Shown: positions 43,553 through 52,812 of the stretch, piece by piece
Layout: each line of letters starts with the position of its first letter
Numbering within the stretch: the stretch's first letter is position 1
NCBI GenBank assembly: GCA_051546255.1
Contig: CP128816.1
Coordinates: forward strand, 1,364,001-1,428,000
Origin: Meyerozyma guilliermondii
Taxonomy: Eukaryota
Direction: 5' to 3'
DNA length: 64,000 bases
The notes under the pieces: model-generated
Told to the model about the DNA's origin: nothing
What the model saw: the letters and a program-made list of their open reading frames with translations, nothing else
Database searches by the model: none
Made by a program: the position numbers and the translations under genes

Positions 43553-45367
43553 ATGGCTGACGAAGACTTTTATGATATGCTTGACTTGTCGCCGCCGGGA
43601 ATACCGAAACAAGATCCCAACTACCCTTTTCAAGATGGATTTCTGCAGTATGGCAATTCGTTTCGGTACTCCGACCAACAGACACCTGACGGTAACACTC
43701 CTCCGCCTCCCCCCACGTCAAACAACCGACAAACGCTTCCGGAATTACCATCTAATCTGCGACCAACCCAACCGGGACCACTCGGGCCGGGGTTCATGCC
43801 CGAATACTACGGCGCCGGCTTGAGCACCGGAAACAGCCAAAGTGTTTCGATGGGCTTGAATACGAATCTGTTTTCCAATCTGGTTTCAAATCTGATCCCG
43901 AATCTGATCTCGAATCTGAATTCCAATCTGATTTCGAATCACTCCAATCTGCTCCATCCCGCAACCCAGTCGCAGTTTCTCCAACCAAAGTCGCCCAGTG
44001 CCTACTCATCGCATTCTTTATACAGCGATGCGTCGCTGAACCCGGGAAGTCCGTATATGGACGCAGTATCGCAGTTCAGTCACACCTACTCTGACGCCGG
44101 AGGAGGTGGTGATTTTAGCGGTTTCGACACAGAAATTGCTCTTGGAGGCTCCATTTCCACCACCAACCTTGCCGGTCTCAATCAAAGCCAGTTTTTTAAC
44201 GACAGACAATACTTTCCCCAGCAGCCGGCCGTACTCCAGCAAAACTACAATGCTCGAGACCACTACCAAAGCATGCCGTACGCCGGATTTGACTACCTTT
44301 CGAGCCCGCCGTCTGCCAGCCAAACCATAGATACCCGCTACAACGGAAGTTCGACTTCCGCGACAGCAGAAGCGCCGTCTTCGTCCATCGACAATTCTCA
44401 CAGTGGTCCATTGACGGAAAATAACCTCCAGTACAACGAGTTGCAGCAGGTAAAGATCTCGGTGCAAAAGGCACCCGAACAAGTGGCGGCTCGAACCCCT
44501 TCGCTCTTCAGCAACTCGTCGCATTCACTGTACAATTCCACCAAAAGCCCCAACGAAAGCCTGAAAAATCACAACCATCTCCAAAATCCCTCACCCATAT
44601 CTCCCTCGGTTTCCGATACTGCTTCTGATGCGTTGTTGCGTCCCGATGAATTCCAGTCTATGAAGCGGGGCCGCCGACATGCTCATCATTTACGGCTGGA
44701 ACTGCGCCTGAGACTGCGTCTGCAACTGCGCCAGCTGCAACCGAATCTGCGCCTGTCGCTGCGGCTGCCTTCTGTCTACGACGAAGACGACTACTCGGAA
44801 AACGACGGCGATCGCGACGACTACGAATCTCCGTACGAGAGTATTCGGGGAGAAGATGGTGAAATGAAGGTTCCTTCACGCACAAAAATGCTCGAATTAG
44901 CACTGCAGAACCTGGCTCCACGAAGAGTGCAAAAACACCCGTCGTTGTTCTCGTGCCATTTGTGCGATAAGCGGTTTACCAGACCATATAATCTCAAGTC
45001 TCATCTTCGCACCCACACCAACGAGCGGCCCTTTGTTTGCAGCGTTTGCGGCAAGGCATTTGCTCGACAGCACGATCGAAAGCGCCATGAGGATTTACAT
45101 ACGGGAGAAAAAAAGTTTCTGTGCCGCGGGTTTCTTCGAGACGGTACACCCTACGGCTGTGGTCGTAAATTTGCCCGAGCCGACGCTTTACGGCGCCATT
45201 TCCAAACCGAGGCTGGCCGAGACTGTATCAAGGCGCTTTTGGAAGAGGACGATCGAGACCGAAAGAACGGTATAGAAGGGGGCAGCGAACTCCCGGGGGG
45301 ATTGAAGCGTGAAACCATCATGTTTGCAGGCTCGGTGCCGCTGGTGGCTATATCGCCGCCGGATTAG
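43553..45367 (+). CDS. CRZ1: Calcineurin-responsive C2H2 transcription factor
   Basis: [52 protein letters not shown] docking-like motif; CRZ1-SAM50-SSN8 order. Confidence 0.93.
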   Translation: MADEDFYDMLDLSPPGIPKQDPNYPFQDGFLQYGNSFRYSDQQTPDGNTPPPPPTSNNRQTLPELPSNLRPTQPGPLGPGFMPEYYGAGLSTGNSQSVSMGLNTNLFSNLVSNLIPNLISNLNSNLISNHSNLLHPATQSQFLQPKSPSAYSSHSLYSDASLNPGSPYMDAVSQFSHTYSDAGGGGDFSGFDTEIALGGSISTTNLAGLNQSQFFNDRQYFPQQPAVLQQNYNARDHYQSMPYAGFDYLSSPPSASQTIDTRYNGSSTSATAEAPSSSIDNSHSGPLTENNLQYNELQQVKISVQKAPEQVAARTPSLFSNSSHSLYNSTKSPNESLKNHNHLQNPSPISPSVSDTASDALLRPDEFQSMKRGRRHAHHLRLELRLRLRLQLRQLQPNLRLSLRLPSVYDEDDYSENDGDRDDYESPYESIRGEDGEMKVPSRTKMLELALQNLAPRRVQKHPSLFSCHLCDKRFTRPYNLKSHLRTHTNERPFVCSVCGKAFARQHDRKRHEDLHTGEKKFLCRGFLRDGTPYGCGRKFARADALRRHFQTEAGRDCIKALLEEDDRDRKNGIEGGSELPGGLKRETIMFAGSVPLVAISPPD

Positions 45368-45399
45368 ACGTTTAGAGACAACTGCAGAAAGTAAAGAGG

Positions 45400-45890
45400 T
45401 GCAAAATGGAATACCAGGGAATACAAAGGAATACTTAATATCTGAGGAATATTCCAAGAATACACAAGGATGCTGAAATAGTGATCAAGAAACACCCCAG
45501 GAATATTCAAGGAATACTCGAACAATAATCAAGCTACCCTATATATGGAGATTACACTTGGTGGAGCACATGCTATTCTTGAGAATGTGATATCCCTTTC
45601 AGTAACATTTTGAATGCTAGTGAAAGAGATATTCAGAAGGAGAATGCTACATTTGCTTTGCCAAAATTGGTTTGTGAGCTCTGAGACTAGCCTGTTTGTC
45701 GGCTCCGAATGGAGCGCTGTCAAGAATTCGCCAGCTGAATATCCAAGGATACTCAAAGAAATACCCTATGAATACTCAAAGAATATTCAAAAAAATACCC
45801 TATGAATACTTCAAGAATACCCAAGAGATATTTAGGATCCAAAGGGTTGACAAGAACACAAGAACACCAAGGAATCAAAGTTCCAAGTAT
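45400..45890. repeat. Degenerate GAATAC/CAAGAA repeats between CRZ1 and SAM50
   Basis: AAATACCCTATGAATACT x2 (about 45759 and 45793) and many GAATA(C/T) words. Confidence 0.55.
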
Positions 45891-46017
45891 CAGTACTGAT
45901 GTATATCAAGAATTATAGAGTACCGGACCGATGTAGTAATGCAGATATTCTTTTGGTAGACTTCTGTTGCGGTGTATGGATCCGCACCCATCTCAACTTT
46001 CGAACTTTATTCTCTTT

Positions 46018-47439
46018 ATGGACCACGACAATTTGGCCGATCGTCTAACCGGCACGCCACAAGTTCTGCAGCAGTCTGAGTTGGAGCTGCTTTTGCAGAG
46101 GAAGCAGCAAATACTCCAAAACCAAAGCCACGCGACAATAGAAGCAATATTGAAAGAAAATGCCACGGCTCCAATTCACGTTTCTAATGCCCAAGTCACC
46201 AATGGTCAAGCATTTCGGGACTCTTTTCTCCAAGCACAACTCAAGCCGCTTTTGAAATCGGATCTTACCACGTTACACAAACTATCTCTCGGAATAGACG
46301 AGGTGAGTCGAAATTTCACCAACGCTGGAGCGGTGAAATCCATCGCCGTTTCGTTGTCTTCTCCCCATTCGAATTCGCCCTTTTTGCAGCGCAGAAGACG
46401 ACCGGGGTATGAGATCGTGCCTGTGTTCCACATAGACCCCGTTTCGAAGTTTTACGCCAAAACAGGAACAAATATAGGCAATGGTGAAGGCGACACATAC
46501 ATCCAATTTCAGCTCCGGAACATTTTTGGCGGCGGAGAAAGTTTGGTCATGGACGCCGTTAAGGGAACTCGTACGCCATCGCTGTATCTCGTCAACTACT
46601 CACAGCCAATATGGAACAATCCCGACTACATGAGCGACACTCAGGCGTATATTCATACTAGAACCATGGACTGGATAGGTGCCAGCACCAAGGTTAGAGG
46701 CATCACCACCAAGATTTATACTCAGTTTTTGAAGAGTAATCACGAATTGGTGCTAGAAAACTGCTGGAGGTCGCTTTCCAACCAAACTTCCAAGTCGCTA
46801 GAAGTTTTGGCCCAGCTGGGTGAAGACTTTAAGACATCTCTAATTTACAACTGGAAATACGATACCAGGAACAACTTGCATCTTCCCACCAGTGGACACT
46901 ACTACCGTCTTGGCTTGGAATACAGTGGCATCCTTGCTGTAAATAATGTTCGGTACAGCAAAATTGTCGCCGAGACTCAACATGCTGTGGAACTCAACGA
47001 CTCACATTCAATAATTGGAACACTAAAATCTGGCTTTATAGCCTCCCGTGGCTCTACAAGCAGCATATTGGACCGGTTTTACATGGGGGGTCCTAATGAT
47101 GTTCGATCGTTTGTCCACAATGGCTTGGGTCCCAAACTGTTCGGCTCTAGCATTGGTGGAGATTTTTTTGTCAGTGGAGGGTTTTCCTTGGTTTCTCGAT
47201 TACCGGCAAAAGCACGAGACAGCAACTTTCGGCTTCATAGTTTTGTGAATGCTGGTCACTTGGCACTGAATTTAAAAACGCTCAATTGGTTGCAACCGTC
47301 GGTTGGTTGCGGAATCGGTATACTATACAACCATCCCATGGCTCGGTTTGAGCTTAATGTGGTGGTTCCTTTGACGGCACACGAGCGGGATGGACTCCGA
47401 AAGGGGATCCAGTATGGAATCGGAATCTCGTTTTTGTAA
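46018..47439 (+). CDS. SAM50: Mitochondrial outer-membrane Omp85 protein Sam50
   Basis: AKTGTNIGNGEG, RNIFGGGE, DRFYMGGPNDVRSF, RFELN, C-terminal GIGISFL. Confidence 0.95.
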   Translation: MDHDNLADRLTGTPQVLQQSELELLLQRKQQILQNQSHATIEAILKENATAPIHVSNAQVTNGQAFRDSFLQAQLKPLLKSDLTTLHKLSLGIDEVSRNFTNAGAVKSIAVSLSSPHSNSPFLQRRRRPGYEIVPVFHIDPVSKFYAKTGTNIGNGEGDTYIQFQLRNIFGGGESLVMDAVKGTRTPSLYLVNYSQPIWNNPDYMSDTQAYIHTRTMDWIGASTKVRGITTKIYTQFLKSNHELVLENCWRSLSNQTSKSLEVLAQLGEDFKTSLIYNWKYDTRNNLHLPTSGHYYRLGLEYSGILAVNNVRYSKIVAETQHAVELNDSHSIIGTLKSGFIASRGSTSSILDRFYMGGPNDVRSFVHNGLGPKLFGSSIGGDFFVSGGFSLVSRLPAKARDSNFRLHSFVNAGHLALNLKTLNWLQPSVGCGIGILYNHPMARFELNVVVPLTAHERDGLRKGIQYGIGISFL

Positions 47440-47791
47440 GAAGGAACAATTGAAACATTTGGTTTCTGCTGAAAATGTTAGAGAAAAATGATAGAACTGC
47501 TCGTCAACTGAAGATTTAGCAGTGAAGAAAAGAGAGATTTGAATTAGCATTTATTCTGAAAGGATCAGCAAGGTCGTCTTGAAGAGAACAAATAAGAAGA
47601 GTTGGTTGCTCGACATGAAGCTTATAAGCTTTTCGAAGGTTACCATACTAAACTCTCAGGAAGTTTAGAGCCAAAAATGGCTCGTCTAAATTTCACGAAA
47701 ATCACCTAAGTCATTCTTATCATACAATTTTTTGGTGCTTTCATTGCTTGTATATATTGCATTGATCTACTTTAGATTCTAAGCTGATAAT

Positions 47792-48814
47792 CTACTCTTT
47801 TCTCTTACTCTCAATCCACTTATGGTGCCTTTCGATCACCGCCGGCACAATCAAACTTTCAATTTCCACTCCATTTTTCTCCTCCTGCTCCGACAACCGA
47901 ACCCACTCAGTCTTTTCGTCGGGTGTTACCAAAACAACTTCTTTTTTTCTCGTTTGGAGCAAATTTCCAATCACCAATTGATGCTGGTAACGAGATAAAG
48001 CCGTCAAAGATTTTTGTAAAAGAATTGAATTATCAGTTTCCAATTTGAACGATACAATCATGGCAGATGGTGCCCAACTGTCCACTAAACGACGTAAGAA
48101 TTTAGGTACTTGTTCAAGGTCAATTACCAATTTTCCACTTGGCTGCGACTGGATTTTATGTTGCGGCATTCTGGACTGAGGAAGAAAAAAATCAGAAACT
48201 GCTGCTGCCAAGTAGAACAAGGCTCCGCTGTCCAATCTGCTCATTATGGTGGAAGCAGATTTCAATGTGTACAAATATTGGTTCACTGTGGTATATGGAA
48301 TGAGAAGAAGCAGATTCGACTCGGTCGCATTTTTATACTTGCGAAGCACCACCAACATTTCATCAGCAAAATCAGGGTTTATTTGAACCTTGTTGTCGAT
48401 TTCGGTCATATAGTCCAAAAAGCAATTGGTAGTATGGGAATAATGGCGAGAATATGGAAGAAGCGAATACTCTCGATGAAGAAATATTACTGCGTAATCA
48501 TTTTCCAAAAAATATTCGGCAGAAGTAGCTCCTCTGGTTCCTGCACTGAAATTGTCAATGAATCTTACTGTGTTATTTTCAAGCGGAACCGTAGTTCCTC
48601 CAGAAGTCACTAAAACCACATTTTTTTTCCCGGCGTGAAACTCTATGAATTTAGTCATTTGTTCTTCAAGCTCAGGAAGGTACGCCGGCGGTTTGTGCAG
48701 GGAAAAGTAGCGGTCTTCGTCCAAGACCTCAGCTACTGGAGGATCCGCATGAGTACGGTCGATTGCGGTTTGCGGTTCAGGATGCGCGGTTCCATAGGAA
48801 CGGTGTTTTGACAT
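47792..48814 (-). CDS. CAB2: Phosphopantothenate-cysteine ligase
   Basis: VTSGGTTVPLENNTVRFIDNFSAGTRGA, YLAAAVSDFF, SFKLETD. Confidence 0.96.
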   Translation of the reverse strand: MSKHRSYGTAHPEPQTAIDRTHADPPVAEVLDEDRYFSLHKPPAYLPELEEQMTKFIEFHAGKKNVVLVTSGGTTVPLENNTVRFIDNFSAGTRGATSAEYFLENDYAVIFLHREYSLLPYSRHYSHTTNCFLDYMTEIDNKVQINPDFADEMLVVLRKYKNATESNLLLLIPYTTVNQYLYTLKSASTIMSRLDSGALFYLAAAVSDFFLPQSRMPQHKIQSQPSGKLVIDLEQVPKFLRRLVDSWAPSAMIVSFKLETDNSILLQKSLTALSRYQHQLVIGNLLQTRKKEVVLVTPDEKTEWVRLSEQEEKNGVEIESLIVPAVIERHHKWIESKRKE

Positions 48815-49005
48815 ATGCACAGAAGGTTAGCAAATCGACATATGTACAGAAATCACAGCGCAACCTGCATAATGCCCCGCCATATACGACCAGACCCCAG
48901 ATCCCGCATCGCACCAGCCTGCATCAGTGTCACCAATATCTGCACCAGCAACTGCACTAACATCTGCACAATATCTGCACCAATCTGCACCGTTGCGTTA
49001 CATCG

Positions 49006-50013
49006 ATGTCCGCAAACTACTGGTCGTCATCGCAACGCAACGTTTGGCAGCACACCCGCCAATCGTTAGCCGAATGTCGCCGCCGGCTTCAAGTGCTCGA
49101 AAAAAAAATGATTCAAAATGGCTTTATTAAAGACTACCCGCATATCACTTACCAACCCCATGTCCGGATCTATTTGCATAATTGTATGTATGCCCTCGGA
49201 ACCACCCGGTTGTCCCTGCTACTAACCCCAGTGCTATGCAAGCTTGGCCGCCGCTTGAATATAAGACAGGTGGCCCTCGCTTCTGCCGAAGTTTTTCTTA
49301 CTCGTTTTCTCATCAGAGTTCTGCTAAAAGAGATAAATATTTACCTTTTGGCCACTACTTGCTTGTACGTTGCTTGCAAATCAGAAGAATGTCCTCAACA
49401 CATTCGGCTTATAATATCCGAAGCTCGAAATTTATGGCCAGAATATATCCCCCACGACGTGACAAAACTCGCCGAATTCGAGTTTTACTTAATCGAGGAA
49501 ATGGACCTGTATCTCGTTCTCCATCACCCCTACAAATCACTCCTTCAAATCCAACAATACCTCAGCGATAATTTTGCAACCTACAAATTTGCCCTCACAG
49601 AACAAGATCTTCAACACGCGTGGTCTATAGTCAACGATAGCTACGTGACCGACGTCCACCTCGTGTATCCCCCACACATCGTGGCGGTAGCGTGTATTTA
49701 CATCACGGTGGCTTTAAGGCGCCACGCATCAACGGGCGATTCTACTGGCGCAGGCGACTTGACTTCGATGCACATCGACGATTTAGCCGATATGTCGGTA
49801 GTGGCTAGCAGCGGCGACAATTTTTCGTTCGATCACGACGTCAATAGAGCTGCAAAACTCACCAATTTTATCAACCATTCTCATATGAATCTTGAAGAAA
49901 TTGTTGATGTAGTCGAAGACATTCTCAACTTGTACGTTCTCTGGAACCGGTACAATGAAGCCAATTGGAAGAAGGCGTTTCAAGATATGTTATTGGGGCA
50001 GGTACCCCGCTAA
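49006..50013 (+). CDS. SSN8: Cyclin C (Mediator kinase module); exons 49006-49183 and 49232-50013
   Basis: MSANYWSSSQR, YVACKSEECPQHIR, EFEFYLIEEM, HHPY. Confidence 0.95.
   Translation: MSANYWSSSQRNVWQHTRQSLAECRRRLQVLEKKMIQNGFIKDYPHITYQPHVRIYLHNCMYALGTTRLSLLLTPVLCKLGRRLNIRQVALASAEVFLTRFLIRVLLKEINIYLLATTCLYVACKSEECPQHIRLIISEARNLWPEYIPHDVTKLAEFEFYLIEEMDLYLVLHHPYKSLLQIQQYLSDNFATYKFALTEQDLQHAWSIVNDSYVTDVHLVYPPHIVAVACIYITVALRRHASTGDSTGAGDLTSMHIDDLADMSVVASSGDNFSFDHDVNRAAKLTNFINHSHMNLEEIVDVVEDILNLYVLWNRYNEANWKKAFQDMLLGQVPR
49184..49231 (+). other. 48-nt in-frame spliceosomal intron in SSN8
   Basis: GTATGT...TACTAAC CCCAG; removal gives YLHNLLCKLGRRLNIRQ. Confidence 0.9.
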
Positions 50014-50120
50014 TCAGCCTCGAACCCTGGTTCATACCCTGTTGCCGCATTGGGGCATCAGGCACCGCACGTGACGCGAAATTTTTTTTCAACCGGTGTC
50101 AAACACGTCGTTGGTATTTG

Positions 50121-51224
50121 ATGGCTTCTCCCAATACTAAGGGAATGGCAGTGGCAGAGGCAGTGCCTGGAAAAGTCACGACAAGTCGCCTGAAACCGTC
50201 CAAAATGTCACGAAAGGGACCGTATCACACGTCATTTGTGGCGACAGTTGAACGTAATCAGATCCCAATTTCCCAGGTTTTGCTTGCATGCTTGTACATG
50301 CTTCATATCTTCTACCCCAAACTCTTACCCATCACCACAAAGTTCATCCATCTCCAATACAAGATCGGAACGGGGTCCGACGGCGCTCCGCTCTACGATA
50401 TTGGCATCGACGACGCCTACTATGTGGCTCATTGGGTGATCACCCTCACATTTTTACGAGCCTTCTTGATGCAATGGGTATTTGGACCATTTGCTAGTAT
50501 GTCCAACAAGATCAAAACCAAGGGAGCCCGCACGAGGTTCTGTGAACAGAGTTGGTTGGTTACCTATTATACGTTTTCGTTCGCATATGGCATCTATTTG
50601 TATGTCCACTCGCCATACTACATGAATATCGATCACCTTTATCTTCATTGGCCCAACCACAATATGACTGCGGGATTCAAAAAATACTACCTCATCTCCA
50701 TGGGGTTCTGGTTCCAACAGGTATTTGTTCTTCACATCGAAAAACGCAGAAAAGATCACTATCAAATGTTAAGCCATCACATCATAACTTGTTGCCTTAT
50801 GGTCGGCTCCTATAATTACTACTACTTCCGTATCGGCCACATAATTCTCATGATCATGGATTCAGTCGATATTCTCTTCTCGGGAGCCAAAATCTTACGG
50901 TACCTCGGCTACTCCAAGCTTTGTGACTTGATGTTCTTCTGTTTCCTTATGTCGTGGATCATCTTGCGGCACGGCTTGTACAACTATCTTTACTATCACG
51001 CATGGACAAAGGCTTCATCGCTCATGCCCGACGCCAAATGCATCCCTGGAGTGTTGCAAAGGCGGTGTTGGACCAATACTGTGATCAACACGTTTTTGGG
51101 CCTTTTGGGAGGGCTTCAGATCATCACCATTGTTTGGATGTATTTAATCGCAAAGGTCGCCTATAGAGTAGTTACTGGCCAGGGTGCAGAAGACGTCCGT
51201 AGTGATGAGTCTGATGAAGAGTAG
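50121..51224 (+). CDS. LAC1: Ceramide synthase (TLC domain, Lag1 motif)
   Basis: RFCEQSW, EKRRKDHYQMLSHHIIT, MDSVD, C-terminal AEDVRSDE. Confidence 0.8.
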   Translation: MASPNTKGMAVAEAVPGKVTTSRLKPSKMSRKGPYHTSFVATVERNQIPISQVLLACLYMLHIFYPKLLPITTKFIHLQYKIGTGSDGAPLYDIGIDDAYYVAHWVITLTFLRAFLMQWVFGPFASMSNKIKTKGARTRFCEQSWLVTYYTFSFAYGIYLYVHSPYYMNIDHLYLHWPNHNMTAGFKKYYLISMGFWFQQVFVLHIEKRRKDHYQMLSHHIITCCLMVGSYNYYYFRIGHIILMIMDSVDILFSGAKILRYLGYSKLCDLMFFCFLMSWIILRHGLYNYLYYHAWTKASSLMPDAKCIPGVLQRRCWTNTVINTFLGLLGGLQIITIVWMYLIAKVAYRVVTGQGAEDVRSDESDEE

Positions 51225-51279
51225 CATAGCATTAATTCAGGATTAGATACTTTTAACCGCATTAATTCACGACATCATT

Positions 51280-52509
51280 CTATCGCAAACTAACGTACAA
51301 GCACACCACCATCACCACAACACCCCAAACCACAAGAAGAAGCGATAAGGTTTTCAACAATTTCTCATATCGACTTATAATTGCCAGCTCCGATCCGATA
51401 AGCTTGTAGCCGAAAAGTCCTGGAAGAATGAACGAAATTGCAGTGGATCCTGTTGCGCCCACAACCGCCAAAACTAGGGCAAAAGACTTGACGCTTACAG
51501 CCAATATGTAGCCCACGACGAGGAGAATCACCGTCAAAGGAACAAACGTTTTTTTTATGGGAGGCGAGGGAGCTTGCGATTCCAAAAGTGGAGTCTCGTC
51601 GTCGATTTCAACACTCGATTCTTTAGGCAGTATGAGCCATTGGTATATGTTGTTGACGCTGATTCTCGCAGGGTGGAGCATCAAGGGAAAGCTGAACAAA
51701 ACCATGAAAACAATACAAAGTTTTCCAATCGTGGCAGACAAAGAATGCGAATACAGCAAGATGATGTTTCCCGAAACCAAATCGCCAAAAGTCAAATATC
51801 CAGCAAGCCCAACAGCCACGAAAAGACCTGAAGATGCTAAGATGGCGGTTGTGATGAGCGAAGTTAGGCCTTGAAGCGACCGATCTGACGCTTCATTGAT
51901 AATTGAGAACATATTCTGGTGGCCAGTGAAAGCGAAAACGATGATAGAAAATGTGGAAAAAACGCCCCACGCACTCTGTGGCACCAAATGGCGCTCTCCT
52001 GGAACATAGGCGTCACCTAGAAAGAAATGGAAAATCACCAAAATCGACATATACGCAATAGCGGCAAGACCCAAAATGGAACTGTATTTCAACGAGTCCA
52101 AATTCCGTAGAAACGAAAGCGGAACGCACACAAAGGTACTCGCCAAAATCCAGAACACTTTGGGCAGCCAGAACGGTGACCCAAAGATCGTTGGCATGAT
52201 ATCTCCGACCAATACTAGGTACAGAATCGCGCACCCAAAACACTGGATTGCAATTGCCAAGTCAAAAACAACGGAAAGTGACTTGTAAGTGAGCGAGCTC
52301 AATGCAAAGAACGTGGCGTGTCCAGGAGACGTATATCGAGACACGTAAGCCTGAAGAAAGAGCCCATAACCAGAAGTGATTGCTGCGACAAGAATAATAA
52401 TCACTCCAACCACAATTCCGTCGGTAGAAAACGCAAGGGGCATGGAGAGCAAGCCAGCACCAATGATGGTCTTCGTGAGCGAGATCGCTGACGACGTCCT
52501 AGATGCCAT
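51280..52509 (-). CDS. Vacuolar amino-acid transporter (Avt5/6/7 family)
   Basis: KTIIGAGLLSMP, FAFTGHQN, GYLTFG, VGATGSTAISFILPG. Confidence 0.9.
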   Translation of the reverse strand: MASRTSSAISLTKTIIGAGLLSMPLAFSTDGIVVGVIIILVAAITSGYGLFLQAYVSRYTSPGHATFFALSSLTYKSLSVVFDLAIAIQCFGCAILYLVLVGDIMPTIFGSPFWLPKVFWILASTFVCVPLSFLRNLDSLKYSSILGLAAIAYMSILVIFHFFLGDAYVPGERHLVPQSAWGVFSTFSIIVFAFTGHQNMFSIINEASDRSLQGLTSLITTAILASSGLFVAVGLAGYLTFGDLVSGNIILLYSHSLSATIGKLCIVFMVLFSFPLMLHPARISVNNIYQWLILPKESSVEIDDETPLLESQAPSPPIKKTFVPLTVILLVVGYILAVSVKSFALVLAVVGATGSTAISFILPGLFGYKLIGSELAIISRYEKLLKTLSLLLVVWGVVVMVVCLYVSLR

Positions 52510-52537
52510 TTCACGGGATTTGGTTGATAAATATACA

Positions 52538-52558
52538 GTCACGTGACGTGGCACGTGA
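52538..52558. promoter_or_regulatory. Tandem E-boxes (Cbf1/Tye7-type)
   Basis: GTCACGTGAC at 52538-52547 and CACGTGA at 52552-52558. Confidence 0.6.
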
Positions 52559-52812
52559 TAGTGAAATTGGGCAGAATCGGATTTTTGGAGGTTTTTTGGA
52601 CGTTAATGTCGTATTAGTGACGCGATGCAGTCGCCGAGGAACTTCCAGCACCGGTTTTTCAAATTGTCAGTTTTGGCAAACAGCAATAGAAAGAGAGCCA
52701 CAAAGCGCGACACAAACTGTGGAGTGGCGGCGCCTGCATGTAGAACTGTGGCCACCTGTATATACGACGCGATGTGATTTGGTGTAGTGATGTCACTGTT
52801 TACGTCTGTGTT

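Noticed and set aside
52538..52650. CDEI-like RTCACGTG as a point centromere
   Set aside because: No AT-rich CDEII or CDEIII follows
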